Of a stretch of DNA of 25,245 bases, positions 25,168 to 25,245 are shown piece after piece. The notes beneath the pieces were generated by a model. That model did not search any database. It saw only the letters and a list, made by a program, of their open reading frames with translations, and was not told the origin of the DNA. Location of the stretch: positions 1 to 25,245 of the IMG/VR virus record IMGVR_UViG_3300016472_000123; one strand, written 5' to 3'. Both the position numbers and the translations under genes were made by a program. Source of the DNA: a virus (Duplodnaviria > Caudoviricetes). Positions within the stretch are counted from its first letter, which is position 1, and each line of letters opens with the position of its first letter.

Positions 25168-25245
25168 GCCCGAACGCCCGAAGGCCCGAACGCCCGAAGG
25201 CCCGAACGCCCGAAGGCCCGAACGCCCGAAGGCCCGAAGGCCCGA
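25168..25245. repeat. Tandem repeat of GCCCGAA(C/G), 16-bp higher-order period, truncated by the window end
   Basis: (GCCCGAAC GCCCGAAG)x4 + GCCCGAAG + GCCCGA. Confidence 0.95.

Larger units (their letters stand above)
1..25245. mobile_element. Tailed phage genome segment (P22-like morphogenesis plus PolA/primase-helicase replication module)
   Basis: Contiguous coat, tail, ejection, lysis and replication genes; dense coding with overlapping start/stop codons; no host housekeeping genes. Confidence 0.97.

Noticed and set aside
18978-25245. CRISPR-Cas system (Cas4-like gene plus terminal repeats)
   Set aside because: The repeats have no spacers, no other cas genes are present, and Cas4-like nucleases are routine in phage replication modules
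1-25245. Stop-codon reassignment, DGR, invertase shufflon, tRNAs, introns or inteins
   Set aside because: Genes are full length in the standard code; no reverse transcriptase, recombinase, cloverleaf or interrupted conserved gene was seen by eye

Overview
The window is part of a tailed dsDNA phage genome with no host genes. Terminase, portal, integrase and repressor are not visible in it. From 1 to 15720 (+ strand) is a P22-like podovirus late operon: scaffold, P22-type coat, two probable head accessory proteins, gp4-like adaptor, gp10-like hub, an internally duplicated needle/fibre with a C-terminal S74-type chaperone, a beta-helix tailspike, a cupin, three ejection-protein candidates and an M15-peptidase lysis cassette. 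From 15717 to 18863 (- strand) is an early operon of small ORFs, a VRR-NUC nuclease and an SNF2-like helicase. From 18978 to 25083 (+ strand) is a replication operon: Cas4-like/DUF2800 nuclease, probable SSB, family A DNA polymerase and a RepB-type primase/SF3 helicase. An 8/16-bp tandem repeat then runs off the right end. The most striking observations are a mirror-symmetric bidirectional promoter whose two -35 boxes overlap, a sharp GC step inside the helicase gene, terminator-like hairpins sitting between SD and start codon, tandem paralogous mini-genes with shared junction sequences, and the terminal repeat array. All product calls come from motif recognition and synteny by eye; no searches were run, and novelty cannot be established from sequence alone.
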